Source: Leptospiraceae bacterium
GTDB taxonomy: Bacteria > Spirochaetota > Leptospiria > Leptospirales > Leptonemataceae
Assembly (NCBI GenBank): GCA_040217195.1
Contig: JAVJNR010000004.1
Span: forward strand, 704,001 to 768,000
Direction: 5' to 3'
Length of the DNA: 64,000 nucleotides
Positions 39,801 through 50,985 of the stretch are shown in pieces. Below the pieces are notes generated by a model, which was not told the DNA's origin, searched no databases, and worked only from the letters and a program-made list of their open reading frames with translations. Position 1 is the first letter of the stretch. Each line of letters opens with the position of its first letter. A program made the position numbers and the translations under genes.

Positions 39801-40059
39801 TCCTAACATTGAAGACTTCTGGCTCTACCTTAGCATTGCGCATAAGCGCACCGGAAACTACGACAAAGCTCTGGAAGCCGCAGATAAGGTATTTGAACTC
39901 AATCCACAGAGGGTGCCAAATCTGATTCAATTGAGTGATCTGCATGCTAAACTGGGAAATGCAGGGCGAGCTAGAATATTTGCAGAGAAAGCCCTGGACC
40001 TGGAACCAGATAATCGCCAGGCTCAGCAAATGATGGAGAGCCTTTCGGCCAGAACTTGA
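36805..40059 (+). CDS. Membrane 7TM-HAMP-SpoIIE/PP2C phosphatase with C-terminal TPRs
   Basis: About 8 N-terminal TM helices, HAMP (DEIGFLADSFNNM), PP2C motifs LGGD, GDAMGK, SDG, DD, and TPR helices. GTG start follows GGGGAG. Confidence 0.9.
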   Translation: MATGDFLFDLNIYFNFFSFGTLLAVVFTGFLSVFLLTLPNKSKGTMHLGLAFFFFALFSLGYFLAAMYYAPEAAWHRYFTLGWVGPAFIHLAQWVRKFPRDHHPKASRILGIVQWAGWIGLMTYFIYVTQQADYKYHFTGHYWDFDAEFASKIGSYFIILYLLIFVGISIGRIIRVQGTQTKLAITAILFAVLAGAIPPSSLNTLSRDGSVDRGIFLISLVFCTVIAFFLIVVIYTNTTKDRTTFMAKIVGITLVTFLLVLQGLSYFFVEDKENQYNELRLEYAKRALEGGAINESIQYIARIPMHRQTQEQAEANPNGKLDLYYTSDEYFNTPPEKRIDFELAKSDFLNTALYQEIKSMPDTGFEASLEEELSLMPSTFDGYKKSIRTYLQNYNGTAPEKKQALLDHINELNQLAFVNSNRISYIHRDNFRENLENYLPKTKEAFAPFSEEIKDYLKKNPALDGDELKEKVLVFLSPFKAEETRHYRKSRDGQKHFVSYIIYNEKEHVAYETGYSYTAYRIFMHPSSYKQSLILFGLLIIVLGLFPLFFRGSLVSPLNNLLDGVRKVNSGDLEVKVPIHVQDEIGFLADSFNNMVSSIREARDKLQDYANNLEDKVKERTAELNQTLEEVQKLKSQQDGDYFLTSLLAKPLNFNANKSDSVQTDFLLEQKKKFEFRNKSADLGGDICVTGNLRFGNEEQFRRYVVAVNGDAMGKSMQGAGGAIVMGVVVNSIMARSARHDRILDYTPEQWLTEFYEELQGVFLAFNGSMAISAVVSVIDEDTGEMWYFNAEHPYTILYRNGKASFIEEELLLRKIGLESDIPFEVQRFQLEPGDVIIMGSDGRDDIDLSPGSEIRDINEDEYLILRTVESADADLARIQAETEKNGELTDDLSLLRLGFRESSVSRSSASLLEDPERQIIEIDAYDTELAESEFEELFHKGRSLAREGSSEEALKLLKQAYDLKKNEPALNKILAVLTFKGKEYQTAVDVLEKYLEHDPNIEDFWLYLSIAHKRTGNYDKALEAADKVFELNPQRVPNLIQLSDLHAKLGNAGRARIFAEKALDLEPDNRQAQQMMESLSART

Positions 40060-40108
40060 GTTGCACCAGCCGGTGCCCTAACTCTGGGAAAATTTTCAAG
40101 GAGAGCAA

Positions 40109-41425
40109 ATGTCTATTCGACTGGATTCAGTAATACAGAGGATTCGCGGAATTGAACGCGAAGTGGATGAACTGACAAGACTGAAAGACAAATTGCCTCT
40201 GGAGCGCCCCTACTCCGGTACACTTCAGGTAGCTTTCGATAAGTCCATAAATGACCTGCTGAACGAAAAGCTGGGCCTGGAACAACTGGAGATCGATGCT
40301 CCATCCGAGGAACTAATCAATGAAGTGCTCTCTGTGGATATGGCCACAGCTTCTCGAATCAGAGTCGATCGTGAAAAACCAGAAGCAGAGCTCACTGCAA
40401 AAGAAGAGAAAGTTAAAGAATTCCTTCGAAAGATTCCCAAAACAGAAATTCATCTTCATATGGAGGCCTGTATCAGTCGGGAAACGTTGATGGGTGTTCT
40501 GGATCATAACAAAGAGGAATATGATCCAGAAGAAGTGGAAAAGCTGTATCAGTTCTCGAATCTACAGGAATTCATCAAGCTCTTCCTGTTCATTATAGAT
40601 TCCATCAAGCAACCGGATGATTTTGAACTAATCTTTAATAATCTCAGGACTTACATGGAGAAAAACTCGGTAACCTATGCCGAAGTCTTTTATGCTCCTT
40701 CCCGTCTGGTTCAAAACGGCCTGGATTTTAATGAGGTGGCCCAGACCCTCGATAGACTGTCGCGGGACTGCAGACTGGAAGGTGGACCTGACATTCGCTA
40801 TCTGGTGGATGTCTCCAGGACCTTTGGAGCAGAAAATGCCAGCAAGAATCTTCAGAGGGTTCTAAAAGCAAAATGCAACAGCCATATTGGAATTGGCCTT
40901 GGTGGTGCAGAACTAATGGGCCCCGCCCGTGACTTCAAGGATGTATTCGCCCAGGCTCAGGCAGAGGGACTCTTTCGCGTGGCCCATGCAGGGGAAGACG
41001 ACGGCCCCTGGTCTGTACGCGATGCAGTAGAAATACTCAAGGTTCAGAGAGTTGGCCATGGAACCAGCGTGATTCAGGATCCTTCCCTGATGGAGCTAAT
41101 CAAAGAGAAACAAATCCCTATTGAAATCTGCCTAACTTCCAATATTTTCACTGGAAAATACGTGCGCCAGGAAAAAGACCATCCGGTAAGAAGATACTAT
41201 GACGATGGACTGGTTTGCACTATCAATACGGATGATCCGGAGATCTTTAACGTAGATCTTTCCGAAGAGTATTTTAAGTTCTACAAACATCTGGACTTCA
41301 GTATTCCTGAGCTTGTGGATCTGGTGCGCCAGGGAGTCTATTCCACTTTCCACAATGAACCGGCCAAGATCTGGAAAGGCTTCGAAAAGCAAATTCAGAC
41401 ATTGAGAAATGAATATCAGCTCTAA
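40109..41425 (+). CDS. add: Adenosine deaminase with ~100 aa N-terminal helical extension
   Basis: PKTEIHLHME, AHAGE, RVGHG, EICLTSN, INTDDP. Confidence 0.9.
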   Translation: MSIRLDSVIQRIRGIEREVDELTRLKDKLPLERPYSGTLQVAFDKSINDLLNEKLGLEQLEIDAPSEELINEVLSVDMATASRIRVDREKPEAELTAKEEKVKEFLRKIPKTEIHLHMEACISRETLMGVLDHNKEEYDPEEVEKLYQFSNLQEFIKLFLFIIDSIKQPDDFELIFNNLRTYMEKNSVTYAEVFYAPSRLVQNGLDFNEVAQTLDRLSRDCRLEGGPDIRYLVDVSRTFGAENASKNLQRVLKAKCNSHIGIGLGGAELMGPARDFKDVFAQAQAEGLFRVAHAGEDDGPWSVRDAVEILKVQRVGHGTSVIQDPSLMELIKEKQIPIEICLTSNIFTGKYVRQEKDHPVRRYYDDGLVCTINTDDPEIFNVDLSEEYFKFYKHLDFSIPELVDLVRQGVYSTFHNEPAKIWKGFEKQIQTLRNEYQL

Positions 41426-41641
41426 GGCTGAACGTTCAAAGTTAACAGTCAGGTTTTTCTGCTGAAATCAGAGAGAATAAAATCTCAAAGCAGATACCAC
41501 TGTACTACCTGAACAATAAACGTTACGAATCGTATTGTCTGCCTTTGAACAAAGGTAGGCACATTTCTCTCAGTTCAAAAATAATACGAATCCCTGCGAC
41601 TTAAATTGAGTCTAACCATACCACCCGGCTGGTAGAATCAA

Positions 41642-42976
41642 ATGGTTAAGTCGACACTTCGGTACTATCCCGGAATCCTAATTCTGGCAGCAATGCTTCT
41701 TGGCTGCAGCATTCCCACACGTCAGATTGTATCCGATACCCAATCCATCTCTGAATACTTCCAACTTTCACAAATAACCACAGCTCAATCCAATAATCAT
41801 ATTCAGATTGTCACCGGCGGAAGCGAAACGTTTCAAACCCTGAATTATCGAATCTCCCGGGCCAAGGAATCCATCTATTTCAGCGCATACATTTTCCAAT
41901 CAGATTTTACCGGGCAGCGAATTTCCAGACTACTGATGCGAAAGGCTCAAGAGGGCCTGGATGTGCGCTTACTTCTGGATGCATGGGGTTCGATTTTCTT
42001 TGAAGAGGCCCTGGAGGAGGAGTTACGGCAGGCCGGCGTTCATGTTGAGTACTTCCGACCATTCGAAGTGCTAAGACCTTACAGACATCTACTTCGCAAC
42101 CACCGAAGAATGCTCATAGTCGATGGTCGATACGCACTTACCGGTGGATTTGCTATTCAGGATGTGTGGGCCGATATGTACGATTTTACTGTGGAGGATA
42201 TTCAAATCTGGGTGCAGGGACCCATGGTCCGGGATTTTGAAGATCTATTTCTGAATGACTGGTGCGAAGCTATTGGTTCTAAACCAGATCCGCTTTGCGC
42301 CTCTAACACGGATTCTACACTTGCTCTGGAGTCGATACCGGCCCCACCCGGGAAAAGGTATGAAAAGTATCCCGTTGTAGAACAGGAAAGCCGGGATTGC
42401 AATCCCCTGGGAAATGGCTGCACCGGCCCCGGAAGTCTGTTAGCCACAAGCGATGCAAAGAATCCAGCTGCGAACTACCATTTCTTTTCCAGAGCTATTT
42501 CTCTGAGCCGGCAAAGAATCTGGATGGCTACTCCATATTTCATTCCGGATACACGTTTCATGGAGCTTTTGCGCCAGGCCTGCCAGAGAGGCGTAGATGT
42601 TCGGCTTGTTATGGCCTCTCAAGAATCCATCCAGGAGTTTCCGGTTTCCTACGTCAGAAATCCATATATTCGTGAATTACTGGATATGGGAGCCCGGGTT
42701 TTTGTATTTGAAGACGGATTTCTTCATTCCAAGGCATCCATTTTTGACGAAGAATTATCCATAGTAGGAACATCCAATCTAGACCGTCGAAGCTTCGACT
42801 ACAATCGAGAAATCGACGTTGTATCCTACGATGTCAGAATCAATGAATCACTGGGACGAGTATTGGAGCGATACATTGGAGTTTCCAGGGAGCTAACTCT
42901 GGAGGAAATGGATGCCCGCTCCTTATGGGTTCGTATTCTGGAAATAGTGTGGTGGCCCCTGACCCCTCAGCTTTGA
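41642..42976 (+). CDS. Cardiolipin synthase-like phospholipase D
   Basis: Two HKD-type motifs (NHRRMLIVD, with the Lys replaced by Arg; LHSKASIFD..SIVGTSNLD) and TPYFIP. Confidence 0.88.
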   Translation: MVKSTLRYYPGILILAAMLLGCSIPTRQIVSDTQSISEYFQLSQITTAQSNNHIQIVTGGSETFQTLNYRISRAKESIYFSAYIFQSDFTGQRISRLLMRKAQEGLDVRLLLDAWGSIFFEEALEEELRQAGVHVEYFRPFEVLRPYRHLLRNHRRMLIVDGRYALTGGFAIQDVWADMYDFTVEDIQIWVQGPMVRDFEDLFLNDWCEAIGSKPDPLCASNTDSTLALESIPAPPGKRYEKYPVVEQESRDCNPLGNGCTGPGSLLATSDAKNPAANYHFFSRAISLSRQRIWMATPYFIPDTRFMELLRQACQRGVDVRLVMASQESIQEFPVSYVRNPYIRELLDMGARVFVFEDGFLHSKASIFDEELSIVGTSNLDRRSFDYNREIDVVSYDVRINESLGRVLERYIGVSRELTLEEMDARSLWVRILEIVWWPLTPQL

Positions 42977-42998
42977 ATCGATATAGTTTGGCTCCGAA

Positions 42999-43087
42999 TT
43001 CCCGGTCAATGGCTATGGTTTCCGGTCACTGGCCATGGTTTCCGGTCAATGGCTATGGTTCCCGGTCACTGGCTATGGTTCCCGGTC
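42999..43087. repeat. 20-bp tandem repeat, about 4.4 copies
   Basis: Unit YCCGGTCAMTGGCYATGGTT at 43001, 43021, 43041 and 43061, with a partial copy at 43081. Confidence 0.92.
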
Positions 43088-43209
43088 GCGGGCTTCGATT
43101 CTGGTCGGTGGACTTCCATTCTTCTGGCTCTACGTTCCACTCCCGCAGTATTGAGAAAAATCTTACATTTTGCTTGCAACCTTCCCGGACCAGGCCATAC
43201 CAAGGATAC

Positions 43210-43324
43210 CGCTGGGTGTGGTCGCAAAGACGATCTGAGACTCTGTTGATCTGGATACTGAATATCCAGGCCTGCACAGAGGAGCCCTGGAACCTGACAC
43301 GGCTCATACCGTCGTAGGGAAGCG
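43210..43324 (+). ncRNA. TPP riboswitch upstream of thiC
   Basis: P1 cgct/agcg, GGGUG, CUGAGA, CCC..GAACCUGA, CGG-CUCAUA-CCG, CGUAGGGA. An extra stem (ctctgt...acagag) follows UGAGA. Confidence 0.92.
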
Positions 43325-43339
43325 AAATGAATTTACTAA

Positions 43340-45199
<1,860 letters not shown>

Positions 45200-45323
45200 T
45201 GGAAGGAGCTCCATAGGCGGCGGTCAACTGGCCGCCCCCTGTTCCGGCAATTACCGGTGGAGACATTACGAAATCCAGAATTCTACAATTAGTCTCCGCT
45301 TGCTCGGCCCGCACCTGCCATTT

Positions 45324-46424
45324 TCAGGGATTGATTAGATAAAAGGTACTTTCGGATGGAAATTTGGCGGTGGGCTTTTTTTGCTCCAGCTCCGCCAGAC
45401 TTCTGGTTGCATCTCCCTTTTCGCACCAGGCAGAAACGGTGGTGTTGTAATGTAAGACGTAAGGCTTTGCGAAGAAGACTCGTAGGACGGCACGAAGGAG
45501 CATTGAAATATTACCAAGTACATAATAACCTCCACTGTAATAGTTCTGACTCTCCAGAACAGAGCAACGATTCATTCTATATAGTGTCTTCTGAGGGATT
45601 GTGTACCCGGAAAAAGCATTCTGGCTTTCTTTCAAATTTTCGATCTTTTTCACAATTCCGTGATCCAGAAGCTGTCCTCCCTTCATCACTTTTGCATGAA
45701 TCAATGACTTATGACCGCTATCGTCAGTTCCATAAAAGCCGCCCACAAAGAATCCATTTCCTTGATGATAAGACCGAATTAGATGAAATCGTTTGGCGAA
45801 CTGATGCACCGGCTTGTTTCCATTCAGGTATTCCATACCGGCAATTCCCTTGAGATCTATCCATTCATCGTCCAGAATCATATGACCTGTGGCCGCGGAG
45901 CTTACTACGGGAACATCGAAGCGAATAAATCCACCGCCCGAAACATTGATCTTTCCATCGGATAACCCCAGCCCCGGCCCATAAGGAGATAGAGCAAGCT
46001 TGATAACGGGAGTACTCTTATCGCCCTGATCAATCTCTATATAGTATTTGCCGTTTTCGTACCTGAGCCAGTTCATAAAGGACTTATGACCGAACCGACC
46101 TTTCTGGGCTTCCAGGCTCTGATAATCATACTCTTTGGTCCAGACCCGAACCTTACCTTTTTGAACAATTAGAATTGAAACACCATTGTTTAAGCTCTTG
46201 GGCCCCAGGTTGCTGATTACAAAAGTAATGTAGATCAGCATTCCATTTCCCCGGAAATTCACATTCCAGGCCTGCATATAACCCTCTTCGTCTGTGGGCT
46301 GAAATACCATGTCCGAAGGTCCTACATTCATTACAGGACCGGCTCGTAACGGAATCAGCGGAATGATGATGGCAAGGATAAGGGCGATTGGCCGAAAGGC
46401 TTTGTTTCGAGGCAAATCCAGCAT
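45324..46424 (-). CDS. Exported beta-rich hypothetical protein (possibly lipocalin/AttH-like)
   Basis: Long ORF with a signal peptide (ALILAIIIPLIPLRA) and beta-strand pattern. The fold is inference. Confidence 0.65.
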   Translation of the reverse strand: MLDLPRNKAFRPIALILAIIIPLIPLRAGPVMNVGPSDMVFQPTDEEGYMQAWNVNFRGNGMLIYITFVISNLGPKSLNNGVSILIVQKGKVRVWTKEYDYQSLEAQKGRFGHKSFMNWLRYENGKYYIEIDQGDKSTPVIKLALSPYGPGLGLSDGKINVSGGGFIRFDVPVVSSAATGHMILDDEWIDLKGIAGMEYLNGNKPVHQFAKRFHLIRSYHQGNGFFVGGFYGTDDSGHKSLIHAKVMKGGQLLDHGIVKKIENLKESQNAFSGYTIPQKTLYRMNRCSVLESQNYYSGGYYVLGNISMLLRAVLRVFFAKPYVLHYNTTVSAWCEKGDATRSLAELEQKKPTAKFPSESTFYLINP

Positions 46425-46613
46425 GCCGGAATTAGAACCGGAATGCCCGGGGAAGCAAGGAGAAAACCGATTCGCCACAGGTTGGATTTGAAAAACTAAC
46501 GCCGTCTGCATACAGTAGCATCCGACGGTGGAATGCAAATTACGAAGGGAACTGGACCGGAAGACAGCCTGGATATCAAAAGACTGTCAATTCGGTGTCA
46601 TTGGAGTCATTTA

Positions 46614-47066
46614 TTAGTAGTAGGCCGGATCACAGGGATACTGACGAACTACGATACATGTACCCGGATAATCGAATAGCATATACCGGGTCTCAGCATC
46701 TTCCAGACAGCCTGACCAGGATCCTCTGGCTCCCAGGTTTAGCCGACGAATCCATTCAAACTGTGTATTCGGATCATCTTCTGTGATGCTGAGCCATTTT
46801 GAATCGGCCTCCAGCACGGCCTTTTCCCGGCACATTTCCAGTCTCTCATCAAAGTTTACGAACTCACGACGGGATTCGCCGTCATAATCTCGGGTAACTA
46901 TGGATGGAGGAATGCTTGCTTTTCCCAGGATTTGTACAGAAAATCCTGTAAAATAGTAATCTTTGATGTAATGTTTCTCGGGTATGTCCGGCATCCCCAG
47001 GCACTGGAGGAGCAGAAAGGCACCAGGCAATGCCAGGATCCTACCGATAGAAGACTTAAGGCCCAT
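46614..47066 (-). CDS. Putative lipoprotein
   Basis: Lipobox-like FLLLQC; Cys-containing mature region. Confidence 0.65.
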   Translation of the reverse strand: MGLKSSIGRILALPGAFLLLQCLGMPDIPEKHYIKDYYFTGFSVQILGKASIPPSIVTRDYDGESRREFVNFDERLEMCREKAVLEADSKWLSITEDDPNTQFEWIRRLNLGARGSWSGCLEDAETRYMLFDYPGTCIVVRQYPCDPAYY

Positions 47067-48741
47067 GAATTCTCTCAGACAGCTTAGAATTATGTCCATT
47101 TCAGCACAGTACCGTATACGATCCAATCCTTTTAGGCAGCGCCGGCAACCCACAAATCCAGGGAATGATCACCGCCGGGCCTTGCACCGAGGTTTGAAAG
47201 CAGGCTTGATATGGTTTGCTCTGATTCTGACCATTTCTCCTCAGATCTTACTGGCCCGTGACTTTCAGGTATCGATCCTACCGTTTCGAGTAAGCGGTCA
47301 GGTACCGGAAGCCTACTTTTCGGCTGCATCCTTACCCACGGAATTACAGCAGGCCACAGCCTTCCTCTTCGACCTTCATAAGAATTATCCTCTGGATGAC
47401 CTGGAAAGACTGAACCGAAGCCTGCCCCAGAATGTAAGAGCCACAGGTGCTATTCCAGGCACCGATTATTGCGCCTATACCAGAGGCACGCATCTTCTAA
47501 AAGGGGAAGCTTCCTTTTCCGGCACGTCCCGTATTCGAATTACTCTTCAGTTGCATTCCTGCAATACCGGCCGAACTATCGATACTGGCGTTTCATCCGG
47601 GCCATTGAACGATTTACAGACTTTGCTGGTGCAGGCTATTCGCTCCAGTGCCAGGTCCTTTTCCGATAAACAGTTCATTTCATGGTCTACAAGTAGCGAT
47701 GAGTGGATACTCGTGGTGGACCAGTCCGGCTCAATGTCAGGTACCAAGAAAGAGCTAGTTCGAGCTCTCCGGTCCAGGGCCTACGAGTTCCAGGGCAAGC
47801 TTAGTCTGGGTTTGTTGCTAATTTCTGAAAATGGCAATCGTTTGATTCAGCCCGGTACCAATCTGAAAGAAGTCATATCCATTCTTGAAGCAACAGCCAC
47901 GGGCGGAGAAGTAACTCTGACACAAGTTGCTCGCGGACTGCAAGAGCTCAAAAACCTGCCACCAGAAAATCGCAGGATTGTTGTTCTTACAGATGCTGCA
48001 GGGGGATCCACTGCAGCCTTTGAAAGTGCTCTTAGAAGGCTCAGTTCCACTGGCTCCAGCCCTGCACTCTTAAACTCTCCTGGACTGCCTGTATCCACGA
48101 GACTTCTGTTCGCTCGATTAAACCGAAGTCTTAAGCTGGATTCTCCGGAAATGACATATGGAATGCGTGCAGGCTTCGTGGAAGGATTCTCTCTATTCTT
48201 TATTCAGAAAGGAGACAGATTCTATGTTTCCAGAAAAGATGAAAGCGCAGCATTGCGCTCCGGACGTCTTTCTATGGATTCACTGGAACCTGTGGCCACC
48301 GTAAACCTGCGAGATGATCGACTGAACCTTAGCTCGGTAATTCAGTCTTATGCGAAGCAAAAAAATATAAGGCTGATTGGCACCGGTGATCTTGTTAGCA
48401 GCCTGGAGTATGATCTGGGCTCTCTGATGTCTGGAACTTCCGAGGCCCGGTATAAATTCCTGGTCAAAAATCATGGATCTGCATTCTGGATACATTGCCA
48501 GAGCCCATCGGTGGCCAAACAGCTGGAAAGGGCCCGACAGAACCGACAATCCATCTATCTTGGACTTCAGCTCCGCCAGGGTTCCCTGGGACCGGAAAAC
48601 AATCCATCAGCAATATTTATTCGTAGTGCCGCAGAGGTTCCTTCTTTGTTCATTCAAAGATACAGCAATCTCCAATCAGAGAAAACCTTGAAAAAGCAGG
48701 ATATCTGGTTTTTCCTGGTGGAGGTGGTGGATTCCAGATAA
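46984..48741 (+). CDS. Exported VWA-domain protein; true start probably downstream of 46984
   Basis: MIDAS motif VVDQSGSM, T(GG), VVLTDA; signal-like LIWFALILTISPQILLA. Confidence 0.8.
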   Translation: MSGIPRHWRSRKAPGNARILPIEDLRPMNSLRQLRIMSISAQYRIRSNPFRQRRQPTNPGNDHRRALHRGLKAGLIWFALILTISPQILLARDFQVSILPFRVSGQVPEAYFSAASLPTELQQATAFLFDLHKNYPLDDLERLNRSLPQNVRATGAIPGTDYCAYTRGTHLLKGEASFSGTSRIRITLQLHSCNTGRTIDTGVSSGPLNDLQTLLVQAIRSSARSFSDKQFISWSTSSDEWILVVDQSGSMSGTKKELVRALRSRAYEFQGKLSLGLLLISENGNRLIQPGTNLKEVISILEATATGGEVTLTQVARGLQELKNLPPENRRIVVLTDAAGGSTAAFESALRRLSSTGSSPALLNSPGLPVSTRLLFARLNRSLKLDSPEMTYGMRAGFVEGFSLFFIQKGDRFYVSRKDESAALRSGRLSMDSLEPVATVNLRDDRLNLSSVIQSYAKQKNIRLIGTGDLVSSLEYDLGSLMSGTSEARYKFLVKNHGSAFWIHCQSPSVAKQLERARQNRQSIYLGLQLRQGSLGPENNPSAIFIRSAAEVPSLFIQRYSNLQSEKTLKKQDIWFFLVEVVDSR

Positions 48742-48742
48742 G

Positions 48743-49513
48743 ATGGTAGATACAAAGAGCACACAAGAACTCACTCGCCTATCCAGCGACATCCCCTCCT
48801 TTCAAATGCCTGCTCTGGCCGCAGGCATTGTACATGAAATTAAAAATCCGCTGGCAGCCATCCATTTACATCTTCAAATGCTGGAAGCTTCATTGCTGGA
48901 AGTGGACGATGAAGATCTACAAAATAAATTAAAGAGCCGGGTGGACATCATCAAAAAGGAAGTGCTATCACTGAATGATGTGCTTCAAGATTTCATCCAT
49001 CTAATTCGTTCCGAACGAACGGTAAGAACCTCCAGCGAGGATTTGAATAACATCCTGTCTGCGGTAATTCGCCTTATGGAACCTCAGGCGCGAAAAGCGG
49101 GAACCAACATCAGTTTTGAACCCGGAGAACTAAGAAGCGGCGCAGAAATCCATGCAGGCTTCATCAAGCAAATGGTAATCAATCTAATCCTGAATGCTGT
49201 GCAGGCTCTGCAACAGTCCGATCGGCCTTCCGGAGAGAGAGAAGTCCATGTTAGCACCGGCCAGGAAAATGAGCAGAATTTCATTCGAATTGCTGATAAT
49301 GGACCCGGGATTTCCACCGAGGACCAGAACCGAATCTTTGAGCCATTCTTTACAACAAGAGAAGATGGAAGCGGACTGGGACTGGCTCTGGTTAAAAAGA
49401 TGATAACGGAGATGGGCGGCTGGATTGATGTTTCTTCCGATCCCCGTCATGGCACTGCATTCACCATATTTTTTGGTGGAAAAACCGCATTGCAAGATAC
49501 GCAAAGCGAATAG
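48743..49513 (+). CDS. Cytoplasmic sensor histidine kinase (NtrB-like)
   Basis: HEIKNPL, NLILNAVQA, DNGPGI, FEPFFTT, GSGLGL. Confidence 0.93.
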   Translation: MVDTKSTQELTRLSSDIPSFQMPALAAGIVHEIKNPLAAIHLHLQMLEASLLEVDDEDLQNKLKSRVDIIKKEVLSLNDVLQDFIHLIRSERTVRTSSEDLNNILSAVIRLMEPQARKAGTNISFEPGELRSGAEIHAGFIKQMVINLILNAVQALQQSDRPSGEREVHVSTGQENEQNFIRIADNGPGISTEDQNRIFEPFFTTREDGSGLGLALVKKMITEMGGWIDVSSDPRHGTAFTIFFGGKTALQDTQSE

Positions 49514-49526
49514 CATTGACCCTAGA

Positions 49527-50876
49527 ATGATTCGCGTACTGTTAATCGAAGACGATCCGGCCCAGCGCTCCGCTCTGGAAGAGTATTTATCTTCTTTGTC
49601 TGAAGATATCTCTGTGATAGCTGTGGCCTCCGTAGGCGATGCGCGAAAAATTCTGGAAAGCGAGTCCTTTTCCCTGGTAGTGAGCGACCTTTTTTTGCCC
49701 GACGATACAGGCCTCAATCTGCTAAAAGAGATTCGGCAAAACCAGGACATCCCTTTCTTGATCCTCACCGGTCAGCCAACCATTGAAACTGCAGTGGATG
49801 CGATTAAATCCGGCGCAAACGATTTTTTGACCAAACCAGTGGATCTAACTCTTTTGCGCAATAAGGTGGAATCGCTACTTGAGACTGTAAGTCTGAAAGA
49901 AGAGAATCGCAGATTGAAAGCTCGGCTGGCAGATACCTTTTCCACTTCCAGTATCATAGGAAATGCTCCTGCACTGAAGAATGTTCTGGAGCGAGTGCAC
50001 CAGGTGGCTCCCACGGATGTAACGGTTCTTCTGGAAGGAGAAAGCGGCACAGGAAAAGAAAAGATCGCCAACATGATCCATGAGAACTCAAAACGAAAGG
50101 ATCGTTCCTTTGTAAAAGTGAATTGCGGAGCTCTTACCAAGTCCATTCTGGAGTCTGAACTGTTTGGTGCAGTGAAAGGTGCATTTACAGGGGCAGACAG
50201 AGATCGCACCGGTTTATTTGAGGCAGCTCAGGGAGGTACAATCTTTCTGGATGAGATTGGAGAGATGGATCTGGAGAGTCAGGTTCGCCTGCTACGAGTT
50301 ATTGAAGAAAGAGAAGTTATGCGAGTGGGCTCCACTCAGGCAGTGCCCATTGACGTTAGAATCATTGCTGCCACGAATCGAGACTTGCTGGAACGCGTAG
50401 ATTCTGGAGAATTTAGAGAGGATCTCTACTACAGATTGGCCGTTATCAGGCTGGAACTACCACCATTACGTAAACGCAAAGAAGACATCCCCCTATTATT
50501 TAATTTCTTCGTAACAGATTTTAACGAGAAATATCTTAAATCTGTTACCAGCCTTTCGCCAGAATTGCTGGAATTCTTTCAGCAGTATGACTGGCCTGGA
50601 AACATTCGTCAGTTTAGAAACGTTCTGGAAGGCATGGTTGTTATGGCCACAGAAGATACTCTGGAGCTCAAGGACCTTCCCAGCAATATAAGCAGAACTC
50701 CTGGAAAGAAGGATGTTACCGATGAAATCAAGGCCGGGATTTCCATGGAGCAATATGAGAAGGCCATAATTGCCAAGAATCTTTCGCATTTTGGAGGCAA
50801 CCGGGAGCAAACCGCCAATGCACTGGGCATCTCCGAAAGAACGCTCTACCGAAAAATCAAAGAATACTCACTGTAG
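49527..50876 (+). CDS. Sigma-54-dependent REC-AAA+-Fis response regulator (NtrC family)
   Basis: IEDD, GESGTGKE, ESELFG..GAFTGA, FLDEIGE, WPGNIRQ and a Fis HTH. Confidence 0.96.
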   Translation: MIRVLLIEDDPAQRSALEEYLSSLSEDISVIAVASVGDARKILESESFSLVVSDLFLPDDTGLNLLKEIRQNQDIPFLILTGQPTIETAVDAIKSGANDFLTKPVDLTLLRNKVESLLETVSLKEENRRLKARLADTFSTSSIIGNAPALKNVLERVHQVAPTDVTVLLEGESGTGKEKIANMIHENSKRKDRSFVKVNCGALTKSILESELFGAVKGAFTGADRDRTGLFEAAQGGTIFLDEIGEMDLESQVRLLRVIEEREVMRVGSTQAVPIDVRIIAATNRDLLERVDSGEFREDLYYRLAVIRLELPPLRKRKEDIPLLFNFFVTDFNEKYLKSVTSLSPELLEFFQQYDWPGNIRQFRNVLEGMVVMATEDTLELKDLPSNISRTPGKKDVTDEIKAGISMEQYEKAIIAKNLSHFGGNREQTANALGISERTLYRKIKEYSL

Positions 50877-50985
50877 CGGCTCCAGTATAGAATACTTGCA
50901 GTTGCGCCTGAAACTGAAATACATAACGAAACGAAAAGATTGGTCCAGCGCGGCCAGAAGCCTTTTCCTCTGAACAAGGGTCTAA

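Noticed and set aside
43001..43087. Repeat array as a possible CRISPR
   Set aside because: The units are contiguous 20-mers with no unique spacers, and there are no cas genes in the window.
49184..49768. Antisense and alternative-frame ORFs of 60-200 aa across the window (e.g. 49184..49768, 39415..40029, 53754..54362)
   Set aside because: They shadow well-supported genes and have no recognisable motifs.
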